Positions 12,501 through 24,761 of a DNA stretch of 46,343 nt are shown piece after piece. A program made the position numbers and the translations under genes. Position 1 is the first letter of the stretch; each line of letters starts with the position of its first letter. The notes beneath the pieces were generated by a model. That model ran no database searches. It saw only the letters and a list, made by a program, of their open reading frames with translations, and was not told where the DNA came from. The stretch lies in assembly GCF_001194135.2 (NCBI RefSeq), contig NC_068983.1:2261572-2307914 (forward strand), written 5' to 3'. Source of the stretch: Octopus bimaculoides (taxonomy: Eukaryota).

Positions 12501-13027
12501 TAGAGTTCAAGATGGTATGAGTGTGTGTGTGTGTGTGTGTCTAAGTGTGCACGGTTCTATGTGTGTGTATATATGATTGTGTGTATGTGTAAGTGTGCAT
12601 GGTTCTATGTGTGAGTGTATACGATTGTGTGTGTGTGTTAGTTTTTGACTGCTCTTAGAGTGCAGTGGTGCGTGTGTGTGTATGGTTCTTTGTACGTGTG
12701 TGTTTTATATTTAGTAGGGTGGTGTGTGGCCGTTTGTGTGCGTGTATATGGATATGATTTGTATTTGCGAGGGTGGTGCGTGTGTATATGCTTTTGTTCG
12801 TGTGAACAGGTCGCGGACTCAAAGCAAAGAAAATATGTTGGCAAATTAAATTTAAATGTTGAAATGAATCTAACGGTTTTTGTGTGCTTCTTAAATGGCT
12901 TATAAACACCTTCTATGCTGCTATTGTTATATATATNNNNNNNNNNNNNNNNNNNNNNNNNNNNNNNNNNNNNNNNNNNNNNNNNNNNNNNNNNNNNNNN
13001 NNNNNNNNNNNNNNNNNNNNNNNNNNN

Positions 13028-13126
13028 ATATATAGATATATATATATATATATACATACATACGTACGTGTGTATGCATGTATGTATGTATGTATGTAAG
13101 TATGTATGTATGTATGTATGTATGTA
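13028..13126. repeat. (TA)n/(TATG)n microsatellite beside an N gap
   Basis: Direct reading. Confidence 0.95.
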
Positions 13127-13679
13127 TGAATATTCAGTGCTGAAACCGATTTCAAGCAATTCAGTCGCTTGCCGTTCAGTCTGGGGAGGCATCCACGCTT
13201 TTTTGTTTCACAAATCTAGTGAAGATTGGCGCCCTTTGCATCAAATGTTCAGAGCGCCTAACACTAACGCTCATACCATCAACCCATTACGGGACTTGGT
13301 GGTAAGTGTTTTGCCGTTTTCGGCCACGGCTAGGCATATTATGTAATACATAACAGAGTTGTCATGACGAAAAGCCTTACACGTGGTCAATACCTCCGTC
13401 TAAATTACGCATGGAATTACCTTCAAAGAATTAGTTGCAAATGAAGTCGAAGGTGTAAGCTCAGAGTTATTCTTCCAGACATTTGTCTAAACAAGGACTC
13501 TCACACCTAGCAATTGGACTACGGCTGGCTTACTGAGTACAACTGCCCGTTGGCAAGTGTTGCTTTACGTTCTCCACATTGTTCAATTCTTACAAAACAG
13601 GCGTGACAGGTTTGAGCCACCGACAAATCGACTGTGAAAATATTTATACTGGGTTACATGTTTTCTGTAGCACTTTATA

Positions 13680-13689
13680 TCTCTCTTTC

Positions 13690-13748
<59 letters not shown>
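13680..13748. repeat. (CT)n microsatellite
   Basis: Direct reading. Confidence 0.95.
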
Positions 13749-13991
13749 ACGTGTCTGTCTTCGTCTTTCATACATACATACACACACACAAAAACACGTA
13801 TAATATAAAAATATTTTTATACATATATATATACTTATATACACGCACACACGTGTATATATGATGTATACACATAGGCACTCATACGCACATACACACA
13901 AACAGATATATATTTGTATGTATGTACATAATTATTTTATAGAATCGCTGGTTTCTTAGCTCTTCAACAAGTTGAGTAATCATAATTATTT

Positions 13992-16028
13992 AGCCCTTTT
14001 AAATCGGTTGATCTAAATTTACGCACCAATGTACATGCTTTAAATCAGTCGACGTAATTACACGGCGCCTCAGTTAGTATCGGTCCACATGCCAACTGAT
14101 TAAATGCTTCATGTAAATATTTACAGCTCGATCGGCTGCTCCTGCCACTCCGGCTCCTTCAACTTCATCGTCGCGTCCTGTTTTGTTGAATTTACGGTCG
14201 TCCCGCCAAGTTACACCAAGCTCCACCCTCTCATCCGTTGTTTCATCTGGTTCGGACTGTCACTCGGTGAGTGAGCATTTTCCTAGTTCAGAATCACATG
14301 ATTCCGATAGCGATGACAATATTCTGGTTAATCAAAGGTACAAGCGCGCAGCAGTGTACGGCCCTCGCCAACAGAATATCGTGTGGTGATCAAGAGACTA
14401 TTTCATCTGATGGCATGGCCTTACTGGTGCGCCTGGCATAAAGGCAAGCCTTGAACATGGAAGATCGCCATTGGAAATCTTCCGCCACTTTTTTTACGTA
14501 TGGAATGTTCCAATATATAGAGGATGAAACGAATGACTATGCTGAAAACTATCCCCAGCATATCCGAACTTGGCATGGCAGTGACTGGTTTCCAATAACT
14601 GAGGACAAAATCAAAGTTCCGCTTACCCTGCTGATACTGATGGGCATCGGGAAGAAAGCGACCCTGGCGTCATACTGGTATCGGGGCTCCAGTCACATCG
14701 ACAGGTTTCTTTCCGGAAACAATGCTGCGTAATCGATATTTTGGCACCTCTTCGAAATCTATATTTCAACTCAGGTGAGAACCCGGACGACAGGCTGCAC
14801 AAAATACATCCTATCGTTGACAAAATCACTGAAAATTTCCCAACGGTGTTTGTTCCTACACAGGACGTTTATACGGACAGGAGTTTGAGGAAATTCAAGT
14901 TAAGGCTCTGATTCAAGAATCACAACCCGACCAAACAGGCCCGCTTTGGGGTCAAGGTTTATAAAGTATGCCAGTCAAGTGGCAGAGCCTGTGGGTACAC
15001 GTGGAATTACAAAATCTATTCTGGTCAGATCAGATTGGAATTTCCAGCGTCTACTCGAGCGTCACCTGATGTCGTGTTGTCGCTGAATGAAAACTTGTTT
15101 GACAAAGACTACAATATTCATATGGACAACTGCTTTTCCAGCCCAGACCTCTTCCTGCAGCTGCAGGTGAGGAGGATTAATGCCTGTGAGCCTGTGAGAA
15201 CGCACAGGAAAACCTTGCCGCCCAATCTTCACAAGAAAAAACATCGAAAGTGGGACACAACGTATTGATGGCACCACTAGTGGCATTCTCGCTCTAGTGT
15301 GGTGTGACAAGAAAAACATCTGCATGTTATCCACAATGCATTCTGCAAGTATGAAGGACACTAGGAAACAAGATGCGGGCGGTAATGCCATTATGAAACA
15401 GAGTGTAGTTCTTTCATACAATGAAGGGATGGGCAGGTTCAATCGCTCAGATCAGCTGGTGAATGGACGTGGACATTTTCCACGACTGTTTCTCCCCTCC
15501 TCCACCATCAAGATGACAAATGCTTCAAAGAGATGCACACTATGTAAAGCAAAAAGGAAACGTAAGGAAACTAGATACCATTGTTCACAATGTGATATGT
15601 CACTGAGGGTGGTGCCCTGTTTTGAACTCTATCACACTAAAGTCAGTTTTTGAATTCACGTGATTGTAGGTACATGAAGTTGATCTGACTTGTGCTGTCG
15701 AGTGATCTTATTCAGGAATAATACTGCGTGAGCGTCCTGCACGGGGATATGGTTTCGGTAAATAAGCAGTACTTGCACTAAAGCGATTGACGTAAAAATA
15801 CGGCGAACGTTAACCTCGCACTCAGTGATGACCGCAATCGGCGCGATTACCGTTGCCGCGCAATGAAAACTGAAGGATCACCGCCGTAAACTGGTTAAAG
15901 CTGTTAATTTAAATATACGCCGAACCATTGCCGTGCGCTAATTGCTGATATCAGCCTGGATAATTGCCGTCAATGCAACCCAATCGCTTGATTAAAAAAA
16001 AAAAAAAAAAGAATGCGTTGTCATGGGG
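13992..16028 (+). mobile_element. Approximate extent of the piggyBac element
   Basis: Candidate right end ...CATGGGG|TTAA (16021-16032). The left end near TTAGCCC (~13990) does not match it, so both boundaries are uncertain. Confidence 0.45.
14183..15653 (+). pseudogene. piggyBac (PGBD-like) transposase fossil with stops, frameshifts and an internal deletion
   Basis: Fragments: acidic N-terminus SDSDD; LILMGI...SYW; RFGVKVYKVC; YNIHMDNCFSSPDLF; WCDKKNICMLSTMH; YNEGMGRFNRSDQL; C-terminal Cys-rich domain CTLC...TRYHCSQCDMSLRVVPCFELYH. Confidence 0.92.
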
Positions 16029-16435
16029 TTAACATTCAAAGTACATTTAATTCTGGAGCTGAATACATTGTGAATAAATGACAAAGATTTTAAGGCATCT
16101 TAAATATTCGCATATTTACACTCACATCCACACACAGGAACAAAAGAAGCGCACGCGCGCACGCAGGAACATCCCCGCACGCGCACGCACTCTTATATTT
16201 CGGTAGCTGGGACAAAGGTGTTGAAGGGTAGACTGAGAAGAAGATCTCACAATGGATGTACTTACACCATGGCATCTGGAACAGTCACTCGTACTGTGTC
16301 TCTAAATTATGACCAGAGACACACACACGCACACATACACACGTCTATACACGTATTTGTGTGGAGAGAGAGAGAGAATGGTGAAGGGTATGGGGTGGGA
16401 GGAAAGAAGAAATGAGACATAGACTGATGGGTGGA

Positions 16436-16752
16436 AAGAAAGAAAGAAAGAAAGAAAGAAAGGGAGAAAGGGAGGAAAAAGAAGAAAGGGAGACAGAAAG
16501 AAAGAACGAACGATCGAAAGAAAGAAACAAACAAACAAACAAACAAACAAACAAACAAACAAACAAACAAACAAGGAAAGAAAGAAAGTGAGACAGAAAG
16601 AAAATGAGGAAGGAAGGAAGGAAGGAAAATAGAAAGAAAGAAACAAAGAAATTGAGAAAGAAAGAAAGACAGAAAGAAAGAAAGAAAAAAAAAGAAGAAA
16701 GAAACAAAGAAACAAGGAAAACAGAAAGGGAGACAGAGAGAGAGAGAGAGAG
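16436..16752. repeat. Compound purine-rich simple repeat (GAAA)n/(AAAC)n/(GGAA)n/(GA)n
   Basis: Direct reading; source of the F/L/S-rich minus-strand ORFs. Confidence 0.95.
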
Positions 16753-17059
16753 AATGAGAAAGACAGATGGTGGTTGTATGAAACAAACGAAAATATTATT
16801 TTGTTTATATAAAGTTTATCGAAGTTTTAGGATTTTTTCGTGTTTTTAATGATTCATTGTTGGCGGAATTGTGTGTAATACTATTGCATTTAAAACTAAA
16901 TCTGAAATACCACCTTCAGTTTAACAAAATGACATTTATTTGTTCACTGGAGGGATATCTCATTTGAAATTCGATGATTCTTTCCCGGCGAAAGACAGAA
17001 TAGAAAAAGAGAAATAAAGAAACTTGACTGACCAATGAAAAAAGTAAAACATTACGAGA

Positions 17060-17070
17060 GAGAAACAGAG

Positions 17071-17124
<54 letters not shown>

Positions 17125-17243
17125 AGAAGAAGGTAAAAACGAAGGTGGAATTGACGGTGGGCGAGGAAGGCAAGACTTGAGTGTGGACAACAATCAGTGA
17201 ATTTAACCTATTTTCCTGCTGATACAGCGGTTATAGGATAATA

Positions 17244-17284
<41 letters not shown>
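17060..17284. repeat. (AG)n at ~17060-17120 and (GT)n at 17246-17284, upstream of the coding exon
   Basis: Direct reading. Confidence 0.95.
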
Positions 17285-17289
<5 letters not shown>

Positions 17290-17414
17290 TAAAGCTTATA
17301 TTCATACCTACCTAGTTTTGAACACATCTCATTACAGTGGCAGCTGAAATGACATGCGTGGTTATGTTACCTCATGTCAAGTGTGTTGTTCACATTTAGT
17401 TTAGCTGACCGATA

Positions 17415-18787
17415 ATGGCGACCACCTGTCTGTGTAAATACAGTCTCTTCTGGATATGTTTTATTATCTTTATCGTCACTGTGACCGGTGCAACACGGGA
17501 AAAAACAATTACTGTGAAACACGGAATTTTAATAGGAACTTATGATAATGAAACCGACGTAACATCGTTTCTTGGCGTCCCTTATGCCAAAGCGCCTACT
17601 CACCACCTGCGATTCGAGCTGCCACAGTCTTATTATTGGAATGGTACATTGAATGCAACTAGCTTTTCTTCAATATGTGTACAGGACATATCTTACCTAA
17701 AAACTTGGAAGAAATATTTGGAAAATCAAAGCATGTCTGAAGACTGTCTCTATTTAAATATTTATGTTCCTGGAAATATGACAAAAAATACATCAACACA
17801 ACATATTATGGTCTGGATTCACGGAGGGAACTTTGTGACTGGGTCAGCCTCGTTATTTGACGGTACAACATTGTCCCAGAAGTGGGATTCAATACTCGTC
17901 ACTGTTAACTATCGCCTTGGACCTTTTGGATTTCTTAGTACAGGAGATGAAGCCCTTCCAGGAAATATGGGTTTACACGACCAGCTGATGGCTTTGAAGT
18001 GGATTAAAGAAAATGCAATTGCATTCGGCGGTGATGCACAAAATATTACACTATTTGGGACAGAGAGTATATATTTACTAAGCCTCAGCAACAATCTCAC
18101 TAATGGCTTGTTTAACAGAGCAATTGTGCAAAGCAGTTTATGGCGTTCTTTCCCGCAACCATGGCCGATGTTTAATAAACTAGCCGGTAGTACATGTCCT
18201 CATAAGCATGGAAATAAACACGAGAGTCATGTCGATGTTAAACGTAAGCAGGTAATGTGTCTAAAGAACTTGACCAGTGAATACTTTCTTAATTATACGT
18301 TGACCAATCCATTGGAACTCTTCAGCCCGACCATTGATAATATCTTTCTAAATGATTCAGTACGTCTTGCCATTCCACCAAAAGACATAGATTTCATATT
18401 TGGTGTACCTCAATTCAAGGAATCAGATTTCGAAGTTTTCCCAACCAACACAAGAACAGGTTTTGAAGACACGCTTGGGAGAACATTTTCCAACTTATCA
18501 ATTCTAGCGATAAAATCTCAATATTTGAAAATGGACAACGAAATGAAGAATGTCTACAGTAATGCTTATAATGGTTACTTGGCATACACAACTCAAACCA
18601 TCGCAGACAAAACATCAAAAGACAGTCCTACCTACGTATATTCGTATTCTGTACAAATTCCTGATATTTCATCAGAAAGTTCCTATGGGGATGAATTCCG
18701 GTTCCTGTTTGGATCGACCACAACGACGGATGAAGTAGTTATCGCCGATTTAATGATCGATGCATGGAGTCACTTTGCTCAGGCAGG
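17415..18787 (+). CDS. First coding exon of a type-B carboxylesterase/cholinesterase-like protein, predicted non-catalytic (neuroligin/neurotactin-like); CDS continues after an intron
   Basis: Signal peptide MATTCLCKYSLFWICFIIFIVTVTG; family motifs FLGVPYAKAP..LRF, SEDCLYLNIYVP, MVWIHGGNF, VTVNYRLGPFGFL, PGNMGLHDQLMALKWIKENAIAFGGD, GLFNRAIVQS, GDEFRFLFG, WSHFAQAG. Kozak-like ataATGG, possible acceptor TTTAG| at 17404, and phase-2 donor GG|GTAAGT at 18787/18788 (the ORF-track stop lies inside the donor). Confidence 0.93.
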
Positions 18788-19404
18788 GTAAGTCTCAGAC
18801 TTTTCTCTTACGAATTCTAGCAATAATAACAATCTTATAGAAGTGATTGATTTATATGTTGCCATTGCTGTCGATCTGTATTAGTATATATATATAATTT
18901 AATCAATAATCCAAGGCAAGAGCAATAGAATACTAATATTACAATTGTTCGTCATTAATGCAGTCTATACTTCGTTTGAGTTATAATATTAAAAGAAACT
19001 ATGAATAGATTAGACGAGAACCTTTCTATAGGAAGACATTTGCCGGAGAGATGTTTAGATCAATTGCTGCATACCGATGATGGCTGGGGTGATTTCAAAT
19101 AATGTTGAATTCTGGCTATTTTCGAAAGGAATATATGGTTACATTCTGTATATGGGATCAGTTGATAACAATCAAATGGGAAGCGGGAGTTGAGGCTTAA
19201 CGACAGGAATACGAAAAGATGAAATGCATGAAAAGAAATGTGTGAAAAGAGTAAGGTAACATCTTTTTTCTGCAGTTCTTGGACTCATTGGATTCTCTAA
19301 ATCATGGTATTGTGAACAATATTCTACCTTTTAACAAGATAGTATTTTGTAAATGACATATTGAAGATCGTTGTCTGTCGGGAATGAGGAAAATTTACAG
19401 ATAA

Positions 19405-19730
19405 TTTTTCCTTTTGCGAAGGCATGTGACTTTCTGGTTAGCATATTCGGCTCAGGATCGTAAGGTCGTGAGTTCGATTCCCGACTGCTTGTGTGTCCTT
19501 GAAAAAGACACTTTATGGCACGTTGCTCCACTTCACTTATCTAGCAAAAATATCTAGCACTAGTATTTTAAAACAGGCCAGCCTTATCAGATTCTGTATC
19601 ACGTTGAAACCCACTAAGAACTACGTTAAGGGTACGCGCGTCTGTGGAGTGCTCATCTACTTAATTCCATTGATCGGATCAATTGGGACACTCGTCGTCG
19701 TAACTGACGGTGTACCGGTTTAGTTATTGC
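19405..19730 (+). mobile_element. tRNA-derived SINE family 3
   Basis: A box TGGTTAGCAT, B box GAGTTCGATTCC, GTGTCCTTGAAAAAGACAC core; reverse-complement copy at 26935-27272. Confidence 0.8.
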
Positions 19731-19877
19731 TTCTCTGACTTTAGGTTTGGAAATTTCAACAGTATCAGATTTCTTCAAATCTATTCAAATATTTAATAAA
19801 TATAACAGTTCTGTAAGACTAGCATTAGCTGTACGCACATACATACATACATACATACAATATAAATATATAGATAG

Positions 19878-19922
<45 letters not shown>

Positions 19923-19979
19923 ACGCATACACACACACACACTCATATATATATATATATATATATAGCTATATAGATA

Positions 19980-20350
19980 CTCTTTACTCTTTTACTTATT
20001 TCAGTCATTTGACTGCGGCCATGCTGTAGCACCGCCTTTAGTCGAGCAAATCAACCCCCGGACTTTGTAAGCCTAGTACTTATTCTGTCCGTATCTTTTG
20101 CCGAACCGCTAAGTTACGGAGACGTAAACTAACCAGCAACGGTTGTCAAGTGATGTTCGGGGGACAAACACAGACACACAAACACACATATACATATATA
20201 CGACGGACTTCTTTCAGTTTCCGTCTACCAAATCCACTCACAAGGCTATGGTCGGCCCGAGGCTATAGTAGAAGAAACTTGCCCAAGGTACCACGCAGTG
20301 GGACTGAACCCGGAACCATGTGGCTGGTAAGCAAGCTACTTACCACACAA
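19980..20350 (-). mobile_element. tRNA-derived SINE family 1 (near full length, internal CA/TA tract)
   Basis: Minus-strand head GTGTGGTAAGTAGCTTGC...CCGGGTTCAGTCCC (A/B boxes); homologous copies at 21594, 26400 and 30055. Confidence 0.88.
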
Positions 20351-20404
20351 GATTTACATATATATATTTTTTTTTATTCTCTCTGTTTATTTCCTTGTGT
20401 TCCT

Positions 20405-20535
20405 TTCTGTTGAAGAGCATCGGCTCGAAACGTAAAAGACTGTCTGACCTTCCTGAGCATCAAACTAATACACCTGATTGTTGTTTATACACTTGTCTTC
20501 GTCTTCTATTTTTCTATAAATTGCAACTATATACA
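20405..20535. repeat. Interspersed repeat with a CGAAACG motif (Penelope-type terminus?)
   Basis: Reverse complement aligns to 33150-33250 and 32030-32105; the Penelope assignment is tentative. Confidence 0.5.
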
Positions 20536-21593
20536 TATATACATACATAAATATATATATAAATGTATATAATGTAACAAGCTAAACAAAAAGGTTCCTT
20601 CAATGGAGTGTGTAAAACATCCTACGTACATACATACATTCCTATATATATATATATATATATACATACATACATACATACATACATACATACATACGTG
20701 TGTTTGTGCCTATGTGTATGTGCGTGTATGCCTATGTGTTCTTGTATACCTTCCAAACTTGCCCATTTCAGACTTGCCCCTGACACTTTGGACTCTAGCG
20801 CTTATCAGAAACATCCTGTATAGATAAGATGAATAGTCAAATATGTGTTCGAAGAGTCACGTATCTAAAATTTAACATGTGGAGATGAGACAAGTTTCTA
20901 TGGATCAAGAAGATATATCAGCGAAGAATGCGGTGTTCGAGATCTCTAAGAATAATTAGGCCGATCCAGAAGATAGCTCCAGCAAGGGTCTAAACACTGA
21001 AGCAGAAGCAATACTGTATATTTTAAAATTATTTTTATAATTTGTATATATTGATTTTATCATAAATAAACACTACGGTGGAATCGACGTAAGCTTAAAT
21101 GATAAACCGCGATAGCTGAACCACGATATGGCGAGGGATAACTGCACCTGTATCTGAGTTATTGTTGTCTTTGTTGTTGCTGTTGTTGTTCTTGTTGTTG
21201 ATTATGTTGTTGTTGTTGGATTTGGTGCTGGTGGTAGTGGTCGTCGTGGTCGTGGTCGTGGTGGAGAATATAAATTCCAGGACGAGGTTGTATGTTTTCA
21301 GTCAATGCAAGCAGTAAATTGTCTGAACTTAGATGCACCTGGGTATTTATTAATGGTCTGACGGGTATTTAGTGCAATAAACGAAGCTATTGATCAAGGG
21401 TAGCCATTTTAGAATATGTCGGCGAAAATAAAGACCAGAGTTTCTTTGTTCAGAGTGACGTGAAATTTGGAGAATCTGTATTGTATATCGCTACAGCTGG
21501 TGATGACGGGAGATCAACTTAGAATCCACGCTTAGCTGAAATAAAGGCTTGATTTTCAATATTAATGAAAAAGGAGGTAAAATATATATATAC

Positions 21594-21756
21594 GCTGTGT
21601 GGTAAGAAGCTTGCTTCCCAACCACATAGTTCGGAGTTCAGTCCCACTGCGTGGCACCTAGGGCAAGTGTCTTCTACTGTAGCCTCGGGCTGACCAAAGA
21701 CTTGCAAGTGGATTTGGTAGACGGAAACTGAAAGAAGTCTGTCATATATATAAACA

Positions 21757-21801
<45 letters not shown>

Positions 21802-23800
21802 GTTGGACAAAATAATGGAACATCTTCAAATTTCAAACAAATTTATTTTAATATGGGGTAGGACCGCCCTTGGCAGTAATTACAACTTGAATTCTACGAG
21901 GTATGGACTCGTACAAAGTTTGAATTGTTTCCAAAGAAATTTTTGTCCATTCTTCAGCTAAAACAATGTCCAGTTCTTGTAGTGATTATGGTGGAGGATA
22001 TCGACTCCTTAGTTGTTTTTTTCTGAAATGCTCTATAAATGTTCAATAATATTGAGATCTGGGGACTGTGGTGGCCAGATAAGAATGTTCCTCAAACCAT
22101 TCAGTATTATCTTACTGCATTAGCATCCTGAAAGATTACGTTTCTCTCCGGAAAGTTTCGCAAACATAGGATGAATTTGATCAGATAAAATGCTTAAATT
22201 GTCTTGACTATTAATTCTGCTATGAAGGGAAAACATTGGGCCGGCGGATTTCCAAGATATAGCACCCCCTCCCCCCACAGATCATGACAGATCCTCCTTC
22301 ATGATTAACAGTTGGAAGATGGCAGTGTGGGTGAGATGTTCCTTTTGGCTGTCTCCAGACGTATACTCGGCCGGTGGTCGGAAATAACGTAAAGGATGAC
22401 TCGTCCGAGAAAATAACATTCTTCCACTGATCTAGGGACCAATTCTGTAGGTTTTCTACTCCACTCAAAACGCTTAGCAACGTTTTTTTTTTTTTTGAAA
22501 ATAGTGGGTTTCTGATTGCAGCCCTCCCTTGGAATCTGGTTTTGTGCAGCTCCCGGCGAACAATTTTTGTGGAAACTGGGATCTTGAGGTGGTCCTTAAC
22601 CTCTGCAGTAATTTTGGGAGCTGTACTTTTGTGATCTTCTCTAATAATACGCGTAAGAGACCGACGGTCCCTGTCTGAAAGTTTTGGTTTTCTTCCGGAG
22701 TTTTGTTTCGACGAGGAGATTTTTCTCTCTTTCTCAAAGGCTGTCATTACTTTCGAGAGAGTACTTCTTGATACACCAAACATTTCGGCTGTTTTCGTTC
22801 CGTTATCGTCTGCCATACGAGCACCGATAATTTGACCTCTTTGAAAGTTCGATAAATTTGTCATTTTAATGAATTTTAATTACCGTTTTCTGATGATATC
22901 TGAAAAGAAACATCAATTTTAATAAAACATATTAAGCAACACTAGTAATAAATTTNNNNNNNNNNNNNNNNNNNNNNNNNNNNNNNNNNNNNNNNNNNNN
23001 NNNNNNNNNNNNNNNNNNNNNNNNNNNNNNNNNNNNNNNNNNNNNNNNNNNNNNNNNNNNNNNNNNNNNNNNNNNNNNNNNNNNNNNNNNNNNNNNNNNN
23101 NNNNNNNNNNNNNNNNNNNNNNNNNNNNNNNNNNNNNNNNNNNNNNNNNNNNNNNNNNNNNNNNNNNNNNNNNNNNNNNNNNNNNNNNNNNNNNNNNNNN
23201 NNNNNNNNNNNNNNNNNNNNNNNNNNNNNNNNNNNNNNNNNNNNNNNNNNNNNNNNNNNNNNNNNNNNNNNNNNNNNNNNNNNNNNNNNNNNNNNNNNNN
23301 NNNNNNNNNNNNNNNNNNNNNNNNNNNNNNNNNNNNNNNNNNNNNNNNNNNNNNNNNNNNNNNNNNNNNNNNNNNNNNNNNNNNNNNNNNNNNNNNNNNN
23401 NNNNNNNNNNNNNNNNNNNNNNNNNNNNNNNNNNNNNNNNNNNNNNNNNNNNNNNNNNNNNNNNNNNNNNNNNNNNNNNNNNNNNNNNNNNNNNNNNNNN
23501 NNNNNNNNNNNNNNNNNNNNNNNNNNNNNNNNNNNNNNNNNNNNNNNNNNNNNNNNNNNNNNNNNNNNNNNNNNNNNNNTGTGTGTGTGTGTGTGTGTGT
23601 GTATTTGTGTGTCTGTGTTTGTGCTCCTATGATTGCTTGACAACCGATGTTGGTGCGTTTGCATCCGCGTATGGTAGCGGTTCGGCAAAAGGGACCGATA
23701 GAATAAGTACTACTAGGCTTACAAAGAATAAGTCCCGGGGGTCGATTTATTCGACTAAAAGGCAGCGCTCCAGCATGACCACGGTCAAATGACCGAAACA
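21594..23800 (+). mobile_element. SINE family 1 copy split by a Tc1 insertion and an N gap (head 21594-21745, tail 23580-23800)
   Basis: Head GCTGTGTGGTAAGAAGCTTGC...GAGTTCAGTCCC; the tail resumes with GT repeat, TTGACAACCGATG...GGTCAAATGACCGAAAC. Confidence 0.85.
21797..22955 (-). mobile_element. Tc1 (DD34E-type) DNA transposon, degenerate; other end lost in the gap
   Basis: Terminus TA|(T)AAGGGTTGGACAAAATAATGGAACA inside (TA)n. Transposase spans 22864-21848: HTH-region GQIIG...FGVSRSTLSK, VIFSDESSF, FQDANA, WPPQSPDLNIIE, GGPTPY*. Confidence 0.93.
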
Positions 23801-24215
23801 AATAAATGAACAATATAAAAATACTATAAGAGAGATGCATTCTTTAAGTGAAAATTTTCAAAGCGACGAAATGTGATATTTGTTTTAGTTCGTGATACCA
23901 TGATGTCGGACAATATTTCTAAAGAAATGTTTGTATCGACAGAAGGATACGTTACCAAATGTCTACGGGGAATTATTGAGTTTTGGTGTTGAATTGCCGT
24001 ATTTTACTTCAAGTTATGTATGTCTTCGTGTAGAACGTTTCAAATTACAATGGTGTCTCCTTCGCTCTGGTCTTCTTGGAGTAATAGTCTCCTTTTATGG
24101 AGAGCATAGTTAGATTAATGACGTTAGGGGAGTCTAAGGTGTCAATTAAGTGTTCAAATGATCTTCAAACAGAAAATATTCTCCAATAAGGAGAAAGCTG
24201 GCAGAAGAACGTATC

Positions 24216-24516
24216 ATGTGTGTGTGTGCGTGCTTGGGGGTTATGAGTGTGGCTGTATGAATGTGTGTGCGTGTGTGTGAGCGTTTGTCTATGCGTGCGT
24301 GTGTATGTGCGTGCGCGTACGTGTGTGTTGTGTGTGGGAGAGGGCTAATTGTAAGTGTGTGTGCCTGCGAGTGTGTGAGTATATGTGTGTGTGCGTTCAT
24401 GTGTTTGCATGTAGATTATATGTACGTGAGTATGTATGTGTGTGCGTGTGTGTGTGCGGTGTGTGCACGCGTTCGATGGGGATTATGTGTGTGTACGTGC
24501 ATGTGTGTGCGTGTGC

Positions 24517-24552
<36 letters not shown>

Positions 24553-24620
24553 CGGTGTGCGAGTGTGTGTGTACGTGTGTATGGTTGTGTGTATGTACGT
24601 CATGTATGCATATATTTTCA
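24216..24620. repeat. Degenerate (GT)-rich compound microsatellite
   Basis: Direct reading; source of the C/V- and H/T-rich ORFs. Confidence 0.93.
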
Positions 24621-24761
24621 GACACACATACTTACTACATACATATCTACATATAATCTACATCGATAAGAAGCTATTTGATCCATTGTATAAACATAAC
24701 AAATGTTATAGTGAACCCGAATGATATCTTTAAAATATTTAGTATGCCTGGAAGTTATTAT

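Noticed and set aside
14183-15653. Domesticated PGBD gene or active transposase
   Set aside because: Multiple stops, frameshifts and a deletion in the catalytic region
17415-18787. Assigning a gene symbol (NLGN, ACHE, CES)
   Set aside because: Family membership is clear but orthology cannot be established without the C-terminus and a phylogeny
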